A stretch of DNA of 64,000 nt from a virus. Location of the stretch: the IMG/VR virus record IMGVR_UViG_3300046170_000371, positions 1 to 64,000 of that record. The stretch is one strand, 5' to 3'. The notes beneath the pieces are model-generated. The model was given only the letters and a program-made list of their open reading frames with translations, did not search any database and was not told the origin of the DNA. The position numbers and the translations under genes are program-made. Of the stretch, positions 1 through 8,706 are shown piece by piece (the first letter of the stretch is position 1; each line of letters begins with the position of its first letter).

Positions 1-1
1 T

Positions 2-136
2 CTTAAGCAAGTAGAAGATGGCGAAGCTGAAAACGGTATGTACTGGCTCCGTGATGCCGGTAAGTTTCAAGCAATGTTGAATGTTTTCCAGACCATCTCT
101 ATGGGTCCTGACGACTTCATTACTTCTCCTGAGTAA
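2..136 (+). CDS. 3' end of a hypothetical protein (truncated by window edge)
   Basis: Open frame from position 2 to TAA at 134-136, followed by hairpin element copy 1. Confidence 0.5.
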   Translation, partial: LKQVEDGEAENGMYWLRDAGKFQAMLNVFQTISMGPDDFITSPE

Positions 137-145
137 CAGCCTTTA

Positions 146-178
146 GCACCCTAACGGGTGCTTTAGTTCTTTATGTTC
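146..178 (+). promoter_or_regulatory. Hairpin-N12-TGYYC element, copy 1
   Basis: GCACCC-TAAC-GGGTGC (146-161), 12 nt, TGTTC (174-178), 14 nt, ATG at 193. Confidence 0.7.
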
Positions 179-192
179 ATTATCTTTCATTC

Positions 193-618
193 ATGACTAC
201 CACCAAAACCTATGCTCAGTTCAACACTCTCACCATCGTGGGACGTGTATATCACAAAGAGGATTACACTTACCAAGGTAAGGAGCTGACTAAGCTTATC
301 CTCGCTACTGAGCTCAAGAATGACGGTGAGTCTTACCGTGTCGAGTTCACCATTGACGACCGTCAAATGGCTGAGTACTTCACCAAGGGACGTTATGTCA
401 CTGTGACTGGTCACCTCAACGGCGTCGAAGAAATCTTCTTTGACAAGAAGGTTGGTAAGACCCGTCGTCACACCATGCCACTCCTTAAACTCTCTAAGGT
501 TCAGGTTATGCCTGGTGGCTACGGCGCTGTAAAGAAGCAGGATTCTGCTCCTACTGATGACATCATCGACATGGCTCCTGAACTAGAAACTACTGTCACT
601 TCTGAAGCTGCGTTCTAA
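193..618 (+). CDS. SSB-like OB-fold protein
   Basis: FNTLTIVGRV...KGRYVTVTGHL resembles SSB strands; acidic C-terminal tail ending in F. Confidence 0.55.
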   Translation: MTTTKTYAQFNTLTIVGRVYHKEDYTYQGKELTKLILATELKNDGESYRVEFTIDDRQMAEYFTKGRYVTVTGHLNGVEEIFFDKKVGKTRRHTMPLLKLSKVQVMPGGYGAVKKQDSAPTDDIIDMAPELETTVTSEAAF

Positions 619-626
619 CGCACTAC

Positions 627-655
627 ACCATCACCCTAACGGGTGGTGGTTTTTT
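627..655 (+). terminator. Intrinsic terminator
   Basis: ACCATCACCC-TAAC-GGGTGGTGGT followed by a T run, between convergent genes. Confidence 0.8.
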
Positions 656-660
656 ACTTT

Positions 661-1401
661 TCAGTCGAAGCCTCGACCGATGTTCCATAGGTTAGGCATC
701 TCTGAATATGACACTGGACCTGCTTTACTAGCTGGACCAAACTTCTTCTTAAATGAATTAGTTAATGACTTAATTAAAGCGGTACCTTCTCTATCCCCCT
801 TCGCTCTATTGACATACTTATTCTCTGGAGCAATATTGAAATCTGCTGTACTTAACGTTGGATATGCATTGTGTGGGAATATATGACCACCATCTAACCC
901 CATTGTCAGCCTTGAGCCTGTCAAATGGTCGTATCCATTGTTTAACTTCATGCCATAACCCACTGCACGGTTTAACCGTTGCTCTTTTGGCATACCTGTC
1001 ATTGCATCTCCTCGCAGTCCTGGCTTTGCAAGCTCGCTAACTGCACCATCAGACAACATGTCTGTTAATGCCATTCTTGTCTGTCTATCCCCTCTTGATT
1101 CAGCAATTGGACCTTGCTCACCTTCACCCATACCTGGACGTTGGTTAACAATCGGTCCATTCATTTCTGAATCAATTGCCATAAGCAAAGCATTCAGGTT
1201 GTCACGCTTGTTACTGTTACCACGTTCTGTACGTTGTTTAACAGCAAGCTTGCCACCCCTTACTTCACTAATGTCGTAGTGGTCCCCTATTGCTTCTTGA
1301 ACTAGAGATGTTTTCTCTAACTCATCTAATAGTTTTTCTGAGATAATTCCACTTGCTACTAATGCAGCTTTGGTCTTATCCTCATCAAGAGAATAGCCCA
1401 C
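661..1401 (-). CDS. Protein with C-terminal HNH-like nuclease domain
   Basis: DGGHIFPH...NIAPENKYVNRAKG matches the HNH pattern. Confidence 0.55.
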   Translation of the reverse strand: MGYSLDEDKTKAALVASGIISEKLLDELEKTSLVQEAIGDHYDISEVRGGKLAVKQRTERGNSNKRDNLNALLMAIDSEMNGPIVNQRPGMGEGEQGPIAESRGDRQTRMALTDMLSDGAVSELAKPGLRGDAMTGMPKEQRLNRAVGYGMKLNNGYDHLTGSRLTMGLDGGHIFPHNAYPTLSTADFNIAPENKYVNRAKGDREGTALIKSLTNSFKKKFGPASKAGPVSYSEMPNLWNIGRGFD

Positions 1402-1469
1402 TCGTATCTATAACTATGCTTCTTAGGCATTAGTTATTATCATTATCTTTCCTATGTTAACTACTATTT

Positions 1470-1997
1470 ATGATTAAACGAATTGGAAGTGACCTCTTCC
1501 GTGGTGTGCAAATCACACCCCCCGATGACTCAATTGTCGTTCAAGTCTTTGACGTTGATGACACTTTGACTCGCAAACCTGACGGGTTTGACAACACTGG
1601 TATGACTAAAGACCAGTTCTTTGATGCCGCTCGTGACTTTCCACCTGAGCAAGCAATCGTTGACCTAGCTCAAATGTTTCACCGTATGGGTGACGCAATC
1701 GCTATTGCTACTGCTCGTCCTATCGAGCGATTAGAAGAAACTATCGCTTGGCTTGACAAATATAATGTGCCTTATGACACAGTTATGCTCAGCCTTGGTA
1801 ATGAGCCATCTAGCATATGTAAGCAGGCTATGTTACAGCGACTGCAAACTATTTACAATCAAGTAGGGACCTTATTCGATGACTCCATCTATAACATCCA
1901 AGGTGCCCAACTTCAGGGTATATCTACAGTACACGTTAGAACTAATGATGAATACTGGGATGCACATCCTGAACAAGTATATGCCTATGGACTATGA
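1470..1997 (+). CDS. HAD-family phosphatase (T4 PNK 3'-phosphatase-like)
   Basis: Motif I FDVDDTL, motif II ATAR, motif III K, motif IV FDDS. Confidence 0.75.
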   Translation: MIKRIGSDLFRGVQITPPDDSIVVQVFDVDDTLTRKPDGFDNTGMTKDQFFDAARDFPPEQAIVDLAQMFHRMGDAIAIATARPIERLEETIAWLDKYNVPYDTVMLSLGNEPSSICKQAMLQRLQTIYNQVGTLFDDSIYNIQGAQLQGISTVHVRTNDEYWDAHPEQVYAYGL

Positions 1998-2140
1998 ACA
2001 AACATCAAAAGAAACTAGTAAAACTCTTTGAGCAAGCAGACGCTTGTACCTCACGTAAGGATTCCAAGAAACTTATACTCAAAGCAGAGAAGTTGCGAGC
2101 TAAATTATTAGCAAAGCAGCTATTATCTGATGCCTCCTAA
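1994..2140 (+). CDS. Small basic hypothetical protein (48 aa)
   Basis: MNKHQKKLVKLFEQADACTSRKDSKKLILKAEK..., overlaps upstream stop (ATGA). Confidence 0.5.
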   Translation: MNKHQKKLVKLFEQADACTSRKDSKKLILKAEKLRAKLLAKQLLSDAS

Positions 2141-2213
2141 GACAATCCTCTTTGGCTTATCCATGTTCGCACTTGGCGAAATCATGGGAATACTCATACC
2201 TACTATTCACTAA

Positions 2214-2693
2214 ATGTTTAAAACTATAATTGCCACATTGGCTGGACTAGCACTTGCTGTTCCGGCTTCAGCTTCTTCATGGGCTGATGTCAACGAACTA
2301 CAAGAGTTGGTAACAGGCACTGGCACTAAGATACAAAAGCTTGACTGTCCTGAAGGGCAGATGGGCTTTTATCAATTTGACAAAGATAGGAATATTGACC
2401 GACTTGTTTACTGTAAAAACAACGTTGATATGACTGACTCTGACGCTGTATGGGAAGTACTAGTACACGAAGCAACTCATGTCATGCAAGCCTGCTATGG
2501 CGGACCTGTCATGAAAGATTCCTACGTACCCCGTGTGCTCCGTGAACTGCAGGAAACTGCTCCTCACTACTATGCAACCCTTCAGAAATACAGAGGCGAC
2601 CACAAGCGCGTAGAGATTGAAGCCTTCTGGATGGAGCTACGTACTCCTCAAGTAGCCGCTGATTGGATGCTCACTTACTGTTACACCGAATAA
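2214..2693 (+). CDS. Secreted zincin-like metallopeptidase
   Basis: Signal peptide; HEATH (HExxH) with downstream EIEA. Confidence 0.6.
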   Translation: MFKTIIATLAGLALAVPASASSWADVNELQELVTGTGTKIQKLDCPEGQMGFYQFDKDRNIDRLVYCKNNVDMTDSDAVWEVLVHEATHVMQACYGGPVMKDSYVPRVLRELQETAPHYYATLQKYRGDHKRVEIEAFWMELRTPQVAADWMLTYCYTE

Positions 2694-2860
2694 TGAAAAG
2701 ACCTACATGGGAAGTACTTATTGTCCCGGCTACTGGCTGTGGACAAAGCTTTTGGGAGACAATCGAAGCCCAAAATGGTGTTCAAGCTAAACAAATTATG
2801 AAATCACGTTTTCCTTCTAACTGGACGATAGGTAATAACCCTAGACGTCTTGACGACTGA
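2693..2860 (+). CDS. Hypothetical protein
   Basis: MKRPTWEVLIVP..., TAATG coupling to upstream gene. Confidence 0.5.
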   Translation: MKRPTWEVLIVPATGCGQSFWETIEAQNGVQAKQIMKSRFPSNWTIGNNPRRLDD

Positions 2861-2865
2861 CTACT

Positions 2866-2898
2866 GCGCCCTATTGGGCGCTTTGTCGTTTGGTGTCC
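2866..2898 (+). promoter_or_regulatory. Hairpin-N12-TGTCC element, copy 2
   Basis: GCGCCC-TATT-GGGCGC (2866-2881), 12 nt, TGTCC (2894-2898), 14 nt, ATG at 2913. Confidence 0.75.
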
Positions 2899-2912
2899 TT
2901 TGTATATATTGA

Positions 2913-3293
2913 ATGCCACTAACGACTGCAGGAACTGAAGTAGAGAATTTCATTGAGTATCAATTAGAACAAGAAGGCTATAACGTCGAAACACAAGTTG
3001 CTGCTGCTGGCATCAACGTTGACTGGAGCCGTATCGATATTGTTCTACCTGACCGTAATGAAGCTATATCTCTCAAATATCAGGACGTAGCTGGTACTGC
3101 TGAAGAGAAGATTCTCTATGAAGCAGAATCACTATCCCTAATGTGTCATGCACATGACTATGCACGAGGCACCATCGTTTTAACTGGTGGTGGTTGGTCT
3201 CCTGTTAAGTATCTATGGTTCTTAACTGAGTACAACCCTCCCTCAAATGTCCGTGTTATCTCTTATGATGACTTTGTACTTGAGTATATTTAA
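2913..3293 (+). CDS. PD-(D/E)xK restriction-endonuclease-like protein
   Basis: RIDIVL...ISLKYQDVAGTAEEKI...IVLTGGGW pattern; directly upstream of an MTase. Confidence 0.6.
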   Translation: MPLTTAGTEVENFIEYQLEQEGYNVETQVAAAGINVDWSRIDIVLPDRNEAISLKYQDVAGTAEEKILYEAESLSLMCHAHDYARGTIVLTGGGWSPVKYLWFLTEYNPPSNVRVISYDDFVLEYI

Positions 3294-3295
3294 TA

Positions 3296-3811
3296 ATGCC
3301 AGCTGCCTCATTGGCGGCTTTAACTGCATCAACTGGTAATCGTAAAGATACGTGGAATTCACCCGCTGAAATTGTAGATAAAGTCGTTCAATTCTTTGAC
3401 GGTCCTGTTGAATTAGATCCTTGTTCCAACGACCGTGACAACCCTAATGTCCCTTGCCTGCGTTGCTTTACTGAAGAAGACGATGGTTTAGCTCACCAAT
3501 GGAATGCTAACTCCGTCTTCGTTAATCATCCGTATAGCGATAGCAAGCACTGGATTCCTTATGCCCGACGTCAGTTTGACGAAGGCAACGTACAGGAGAT
3601 GATTCTCCTCATTAAATTAGACATCAGTACCAAGTGGTTCCGCTCTATTGCGGACAGACCATGGATTGCTATAAGTAAACGTCTCCGGTTTGGCGACAGT
3701 AAAGGAGCAGCACCTTTCCAATCAGCTCTCATTTACCTCGGTAATAACCCTGGACGCTTCCATGCAATCTTTGGTGACCTTGGACCTATGTACATCTCTA
3801 TTGCGCCCTAA
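3296..3811 (+). CDS. Phage-type DNA N6-adenine methyltransferase
   Basis: DTWNSP...ELDPCS...DDGLAHQW...FVNHPYS (NPPY-like)...APFQSAL. Confidence 0.75.
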   Translation: MPAASLAALTASTGNRKDTWNSPAEIVDKVVQFFDGPVELDPCSNDRDNPNVPCLRCFTEEDDGLAHQWNANSVFVNHPYSDSKHWIPYARRQFDEGNVQEMILLIKLDISTKWFRSIADRPWIAISKRLRFGDSKGAAPFQSALIYLGNNPGRFHAIFGDLGPMYISIAP

Positions 3812-3835
3812 CGGGCGCTTTATTGCTGTATGTCC
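3803..3835 (+). promoter_or_regulatory. Hairpin-N12-TGTCC element, copy 3
   Basis: GCGCCC-TAAC-GGGCGC (3803-3818; the loop TAA is the MTase stop), 12 nt, TGTCC (3831-3835), 14 nt, ATG at 3850. Confidence 0.75.
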
Positions 3836-3849
3836 ATCGGTACATTCAT

Positions 3850-4692
3850 ATGATTGTCTCCTCCCCCCTCGCCACTATTGATATTGAAAATGACGAAGAC
3901 TATATTGGCTGTGACTACTACGGACGTGTAAGTTATGCCAGCTTAGTAATCGCTCATACCTCTCAAGTAACATCTACCAATAGTCGCACTACCTATAACC
4001 CTGGCACACTCGTAATTGTTGCTGCTCAAGGTGATGACCGTAATATCTATGCATTCCTTGCTACAGCTATTGAGGTTCTCTCCGATAAGACTGCAATCCA
4101 TTACTGGCCAACCGAACGTCCTAACCCTGTTAATAAGCTGAAGGTGCTCACACCCATCATGCTTTTACCTGACACATGCTATTCAAGCATGACTCAGGGT
4201 GGACTACGCCTTATTGAACGTGCAGTTTGTGCTCGATACTTACGTGATGAAGCACAGATTGTTACTCCCCTCCCTAAACCAGAAGTAGAACCACAGCCTG
4301 ACACTGTTGTTCGCCTAATCAAAGAAACGACTGGCAAGATTGGATATGTCTACATCCTACGCAACCGCTTAGGTGAAGGCTACAAGATTGGTATTACTGC
4401 CAACATTCATCAACGCTTTAAAGCTCTTGAGGTTGGTACCAAAGCTGATTGTATTGGCTATTGGTCTTCTGAAAACTATAAGAACCTAGAATCTTTTCTC
4501 CACGGACTATTCACACCTGCTCGCGTACCGCAGTCTGAGTGGTTCATGCTCTCACCACATCAACTGGAATTCTCAATTGCGTGGCTTGATGAGAATAGTA
4601 CACCTATTGATATTGACTATCCCGTCACTGTTGACAAAGGCAACTGGTTCAAGCGTTTAATTCAACGAGTAATCTCTTTCATTAAAGACTGA
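3850..4692 (+). CDS. Protein with C-terminal T5orf172/GIY-YIG domain
   Basis: GYVYIL...YKIGIT...RFKAL...LESFLH...PQSEWF; ATG 3850 preferred over 3823. Confidence 0.7.
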   Translation: MIVSSPLATIDIENDEDYIGCDYYGRVSYASLVIAHTSQVTSTNSRTTYNPGTLVIVAAQGDDRNIYAFLATAIEVLSDKTAIHYWPTERPNPVNKLKVLTPIMLLPDTCYSSMTQGGLRLIERAVCARYLRDEAQIVTPLPKPEVEPQPDTVVRLIKETTGKIGYVYILRNRLGEGYKIGITANIHQRFKALEVGTKADCIGYWSSENYKNLESFLHGLFTPARVPQSEWFMLSPHQLEFSIAWLDENSTPIDIDYPVTVDKGNWFKRLIQRVISFIKD

Positions 4693-4698
4693 CAACAT

Positions 4699-4731
4699 GC
4701 GCCCTAACGGGCGCTTTGTCCCTTTGTGTCC
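4699..4731 (+). promoter_or_regulatory. Hairpin-N12-TGTCC element, copy 4
   Basis: GCGCCC-TAAC-GGGCGC (4699-4714), 12 nt, TGTCC (4727-4731), 14 nt, ATG at 4746. Confidence 0.75.
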
Positions 4732-4745
4732 TTTATTGGTACACA

Positions 4746-4982
4746 ATGTCCGAATTCAACTTCGAGATGGTGTCTTTTCCAAGATGCCAAATCGACCAAA
4801 TTCTCATTCAAATGCAACGTGCTGAGACTTTCTGTCGTAAAGCACGCTCTGCCTCCCGTCATCCTGACATGGAGGAGCTTATGGCTGAGCCTACTGAGTT
4901 TTACTCAGGTGCATCTGGATACGCTGGTGCCACCATGCGTGATGTAATCCAGCAGCTTGAATCTCATTTACCGCTGCAATAA
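4746..4982 (+). CDS. Hypothetical protein
   Basis: MSEFNFEMVSFP...; start sits at the fixed spacing from element copy 4. Confidence 0.55.
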   Translation: MSEFNFEMVSFPRCQIDQILIQMQRAETFCRKARSASRHPDMEELMAEPTEFYSGASGYAGATMRDVIQQLESHLPLQ

Positions 4983-4987
4983 CTCTC

Positions 4988-5016
4988 AGGCGTCTATCAT
5001 CGTAGGCGCCTTTTTT
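4988..5016 (+). terminator. Intrinsic terminator
   Basis: AGGCGTCTA-loop-TAGGCGCC followed by T6. Confidence 0.7.
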
Positions 5017-5055
5017 CACGCTTAAATATAACTAACCAAACAAGAAAACTATAAA

Positions 5056-5454
5056 ATGACTAACGCATTTCTCCAGTCCGTCCTCGCTAAGAAAGCCAAC
5101 TCTAAGAAACAAAACGGCTTCACCCTTATCGAGCTGATGGTTGTCGTCGCAATCGTCGGCATCCTATCTGCTGTCGGACTACCTGAACTGACTAAAGCTC
5201 AAGACAAAGCTAAAGATAACGTTGCTGTAGCTACTCTCACCAACGCTGCTAAAGAATGTGCTCTGTCACTCATCCTCAATGGTGATGACACTGACTACAT
5301 CACTGATGAGACTGCTGGCACTGGCTGGGCAGCACAAGGTGTAACTGGCAGCTGTGATGCAGACGAAGTCCTCACAGCTAAGTCTGAAACAGAGACTGAA
5401 TGGACCATCACCTTTGTTGGCTCCACTCCTGGTACTGCAACTGAGGTTGAGTGA
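5056..5454 (+). CDS. pilA: Type IV pilin (prepilin, class III signal)
   Basis: Basic leader, then NG|FTLIELMVVVAIVGILSAVGLP; C-terminal Cys pair. Confidence 0.85.
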   Translation: MTNAFLQSVLAKKANSKKQNGFTLIELMVVVAIVGILSAVGLPELTKAQDKAKDNVAVATLTNAAKECALSLILNGDDTDYITDETAGTGWAAQGVTGSCDADEVLTAKSETETEWTITFVGSTPGTATEVE

Positions 5455-6018
5455 TGAACTTAGCATCTACCATCGTTAGTGTTGCAATCATGGGAGCTTC
5501 GGCTCCTTCTATGATGCAAATGTCTATTGCTCCATATGAAGCACAACTTAAAGCAAAGAACTTAGGCATTGCTGAAACAGCTGCTGTTGTCTTTGCCTCT
5601 ACTTACGAAGGTACCCTTGATATCCCTGTCGATACAGAGACTTGCACATCAGAAGCACGAGAAGGTACTGCTAATGCTTATAGCGTTACCTGTACTCACG
5701 GCACTGACAAGTATGTACAAAGTGTTACTCGTGCTTTCCGTCTTGCTGTACCTGACACTGACTTAGACAACGGTGATGGTGCATCAACATCACGTGAGTA
5801 CGCTTACGAAACTCCTACACGCTTCTCTGGACTCTCCTGTCCCTTACTACGATGAATGGGGTACTAATGGTTATAACGACCAGTACTACAGCGTTTTAAA
5901 TGGCGCTTGTATCCCTATTCCTGTATGGACTCAAACTGCTTATCAGTTTTCTAGTCCAGATGCATGGCTCTATGACGTTAATAACTACAACGGATGGGGT
6001 ATACATCCTGACTACTAA
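5454..6018 (+). CDS. Pilin-like / minor-pilin-like protein (frameshifted near 5835)
   Basis: Hydrophobic N-terminal helix MNLASTIVSVAIMG; ORFs 5451-5855 and 5773-6018 join by one indel. Confidence 0.45.
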
Positions 6019-6644
6019 TGAATATTATTCAAACATTAAGAGAAGCTTACGAGGATTGGCTATGGAAGTACGGTCCTGACCGTCGCGACCTTGCTAAAAC
6101 TCGTTTAGCTTTACATAAGCAAGCAATAGCTGATGGTCAACCTGGCCCTTACCTAGAGCCTGAAAATTATAACTTTTAAATAATATGTGCTCACTACTAA
6201 TGACTATGTTTATAGTAGGCGCAGTTGAAGTCACACCTGGTGTGATGGCTGTTGACCTACTTGACACTGACAAAGTTTCATTAAACAATGGCTCTGCTGT
6301 TGAAACTATTTATATGAAAACTGATGATTATCTCGACTGCTGGGGATGACTTCCCCTTTAATGACCTCGATAGACTGAATGACGAGGAAGAAGCACTGCC
6401 TGATATCCCACCATTCCCTTCTATCCATGGACAAGCAACACCTCCAAGAACAAATACTAGACGAAATAGACGACGTCGTATACAGGTATCACGTACTACC
6501 TCACTCTGGCTTACTGCCTGACTACTTCATTCACTATTGGGATTTAGCAGAGCTTGTCTCTGCTTACTTTGATGAACCCTTTTATAAGCCTCAAAGGTCT
6601 TCTGAAGACCAGGTAAAATAGAGTAATACTGAATCTCTATTACT

Positions 6645-7297
6645 ATGGGTAAGAAGAACAAAGGTAAATACAATAAGCTTGACTACCACGGTAAGCATAG
6701 AAGCTGACCGAAAAGATGGCTAAGCAGTACGGTATTGACGTTTCCTGAATACGGCAATACCGGCCGTCCTGGTGAAAACTACAATAACAAGAAAACTTAC
6801 GACGACCTTAAAAAAGATATCTCTAGTGCTGCTGCAAACGACTACGACGTACGCCGTTCACTAGAAGCAGCTTCATTGTCTGGCAATAAAAAAGCACAGA
6901 AGATTGGCAGCATTAGTAATGCTTCCGAAGCTTACGCTGCTACTCGCTTTATGGAGAAAAACCCATAAGAAAGCGTATGGCTAATGGCGGTGCTTACGAC
7001 GGTGCTAATGACCAAGGCGGTGTAACCAGCTACTGGGTCAATAAAGACCGCGACAAACTTAAAGATAGTATGTCTGCTCCTGAACAGCAGAAAGCTGCTT
7101 CAGGTAGCGATGAGCCTTACGAAGAAAGCTCTCAGCTTAGTGATGCTCGTAAAACTGTTGACGAGTTTGATAACAAAGACTATGACATCTATAAGTCTGG
7201 TGCTGGTGAAGCACAGCGCAAAGAAGCATCTCAGCAATTCTTAGGCAAATATAAACTTGACCTTAAACAGAAAGCTAATTTCAAGCCAACTATTTGA
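6645..7297 (+). CDS. Hydrophilic hypothetical protein (frameshifted)
   Basis: ATG 6645 (MGKKNKGKY) plus ORFs 6735-6968 and 6977-7297; preceded by TAAAATAGA. Confidence 0.5.
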
Positions 7298-7317
7298 TGA
7301 TTAGCGTAGCATGCAAA

Positions 7318-7341
7318 GCCCAGTCATGCACTGGGTTTTTT
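7318..7341 (+). terminator. Intrinsic terminator
   Basis: CCCAGT-CATGC-ACTGGG followed by T6. Confidence 0.75.
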
Positions 7342-7356
7342 AATGTCTGCTATTAA

Positions 7357-7466
7357 AAAGCTACAGTAACTACGCTGTATTCCTATATAACTAGAAATTA
7401 AATACCCTAGAGGGGTGTAATAAAAAAGAGATATATAAGGGATTAGTGTAGCTTGCGTAGTTTTTT
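7357..7466. repeat. Inverted-repeat element A (CTACGCTAA-type units plus TATATA around an AT-rich core)
   Basis: Left arm AAAGCTACAGTAACTACGCTGTATTCCTATATA; right arm reverse complement AAAAACTACGCAAGCTACACTAATCCCTTATATA. Confidence 0.65.
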
Positions 7467-7678
7467 CTAAAAACCCTGTACCCCAACTGTGCCTGTTTTT
7501 GGGTGGTACCAACGGTATACAAGCAAAAAAGCACCCCGCAGAACTGCTACATAACTGTACTTCTGTAAAACTGTACATACATATGTCCTTGTGAGGACAG
7601 TTCCCACAGATATCGTGCTCAATCCGGCTCATCACAACGTTGTGTTTTATGCTATGGGTACAATTGCTGAGGCACTAG

Positions 7679-7831
7679 TTGAAACGCGTAACGGTCCTCA
7701 TGCCACCAGACATACACAAACGGCTCAAGCTGCTTGGGTTTGACAAAGATAAGACAATGAACGACCTAATTCTTACAGCTGTACATAAGTACTTAAGTGA
7801 AGCTGCGGTCCAAATAGAGCATCCTGAATGA
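7679..7831 (+). CDS. Ribbon-helix-helix (ParG/CopG-like) DNA-binding protein, 50 aa
   Basis: TTG start; KRVTVLMPPDIHKRLKLLGFDKDKTMNDLILTAVHKYL is a typical RHH pattern; missing from the ORF track (<60 aa). Confidence 0.7.
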   Translation: MKRVTVLMPPDIHKRLKLLGFDKDKTMNDLILTAVHKYLSEAAVQIEHPE

Positions 7832-7862
7832 CGACTGTACAAATGTATTGAACTATTGGATT

Positions 7863-7895
7863 GCGCCTTATCAGGCGCTTTTTTCTTGCATGTCC
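7863..7895 (+). promoter_or_regulatory. Hairpin-N12-TGTCC element, copy 5
   Basis: GCGCCT-TATC-AGGCGC (compensatory T-A pair), 12 nt, TGTCC (7891-7895), ATG at 7915. Confidence 0.7.
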
Positions 7896-7914
7896 AATAC
7901 ATGGCTACAACCAC

Positions 7915-8277
7915 ATGGTCCTCTACGAACTGGACTCCGAACCGGGGACGAAAGTCATTCGGTCGCCTAAATCAGACGAGCCTCTCGACGGATGCACCCT
8001 TCCACAAAGGGCAGCGGCGATTGAAGAGCTCCACGATTGGTCACTCAACTTCGACACTGGTGTTAATCCCTATTGCTTGTTCCTTGACATCATCGGCTAC
8101 TCAGCTGACCGATGGGGCTGCTATGCCTACTGTCACGACCTCAAAGACTGCGGAGAAATCTTTGGCTACAAAGAACTCTGCTTATTAGCTGATGCTCTCA
8201 AAATATTTGAAGACAACGGCTATGACCAGGTGTATGCCTGGTGTGACGCTTTAAATGAAAGCGAGCACGAAGACTAA
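7915..8277 (+). CDS. Hypothetical protein
   Basis: MVLYELDSEPG..., within ORF 7861-8277. Confidence 0.55.
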   Translation: MVLYELDSEPGTKVIRSPKSDEPLDGCTLPQRAAAIEELHDWSLNFDTGVNPYCLFLDIIGYSADRWGCYAYCHDLKDCGEIFGYKELCLLADALKIFEDNGYDQVYAWCDALNESEHED

Positions 8278-8358
8278 GTGCTAGTTATATGATTGGGAGT
8301 ACGTAATTGTACTCCCTATCTGTTAACTTAAGGTTTAGTAAATAATGATACTTATTAA

Positions 8359-8703
8359 ATGTTTATTAAATCTATCTCTGCTATCGCTGCTGCTGCCCTG
8401 CTCAGTGTTGGCTCATCCGTCCAGGCAGGAGGCTCAATGCTTTCTTCCTGGTACGGTGGATATTTCCACGGCAGAACCACAGCCAACGGTGAAACTTACG
8501 ATATGTACGGACATACCGCCGCACATAAGTCGCTACCTTTCGGTACAAAACTACGTGTTTGCTACCAAGGATGCGTGGATGTACGTATTAATGATCGCGG
8601 CCCCTACATTGGTGCTCGTGAGCTTGATTTATCGTACGGAGCAGCACAAGCAATCGGACTAACACATCCTGGCGTTGATTACGTCAGCTTTACTTATATC
8701 TAA
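8359..8703 (+). CDS. rlpA: RlpA-like lytic transglycosylase (double-psi beta-barrel)
   Basis: Signal peptide; SWYG..FHGRTTANGE.YDM...TAAHKSLPFGT...VRINDRGP...LDLSYGAA. Confidence 0.85.
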   Translation: MFIKSISAIAAAALLSVGSSVQAGGSMLSSWYGGYFHGRTTANGETYDMYGHTAAHKSLPFGTKLRVCYQGCVDVRINDRGPYIGARELDLSYGAAQAIGLTHPGVDYVSFTYI

Positions 8704-8706
8704 TGC

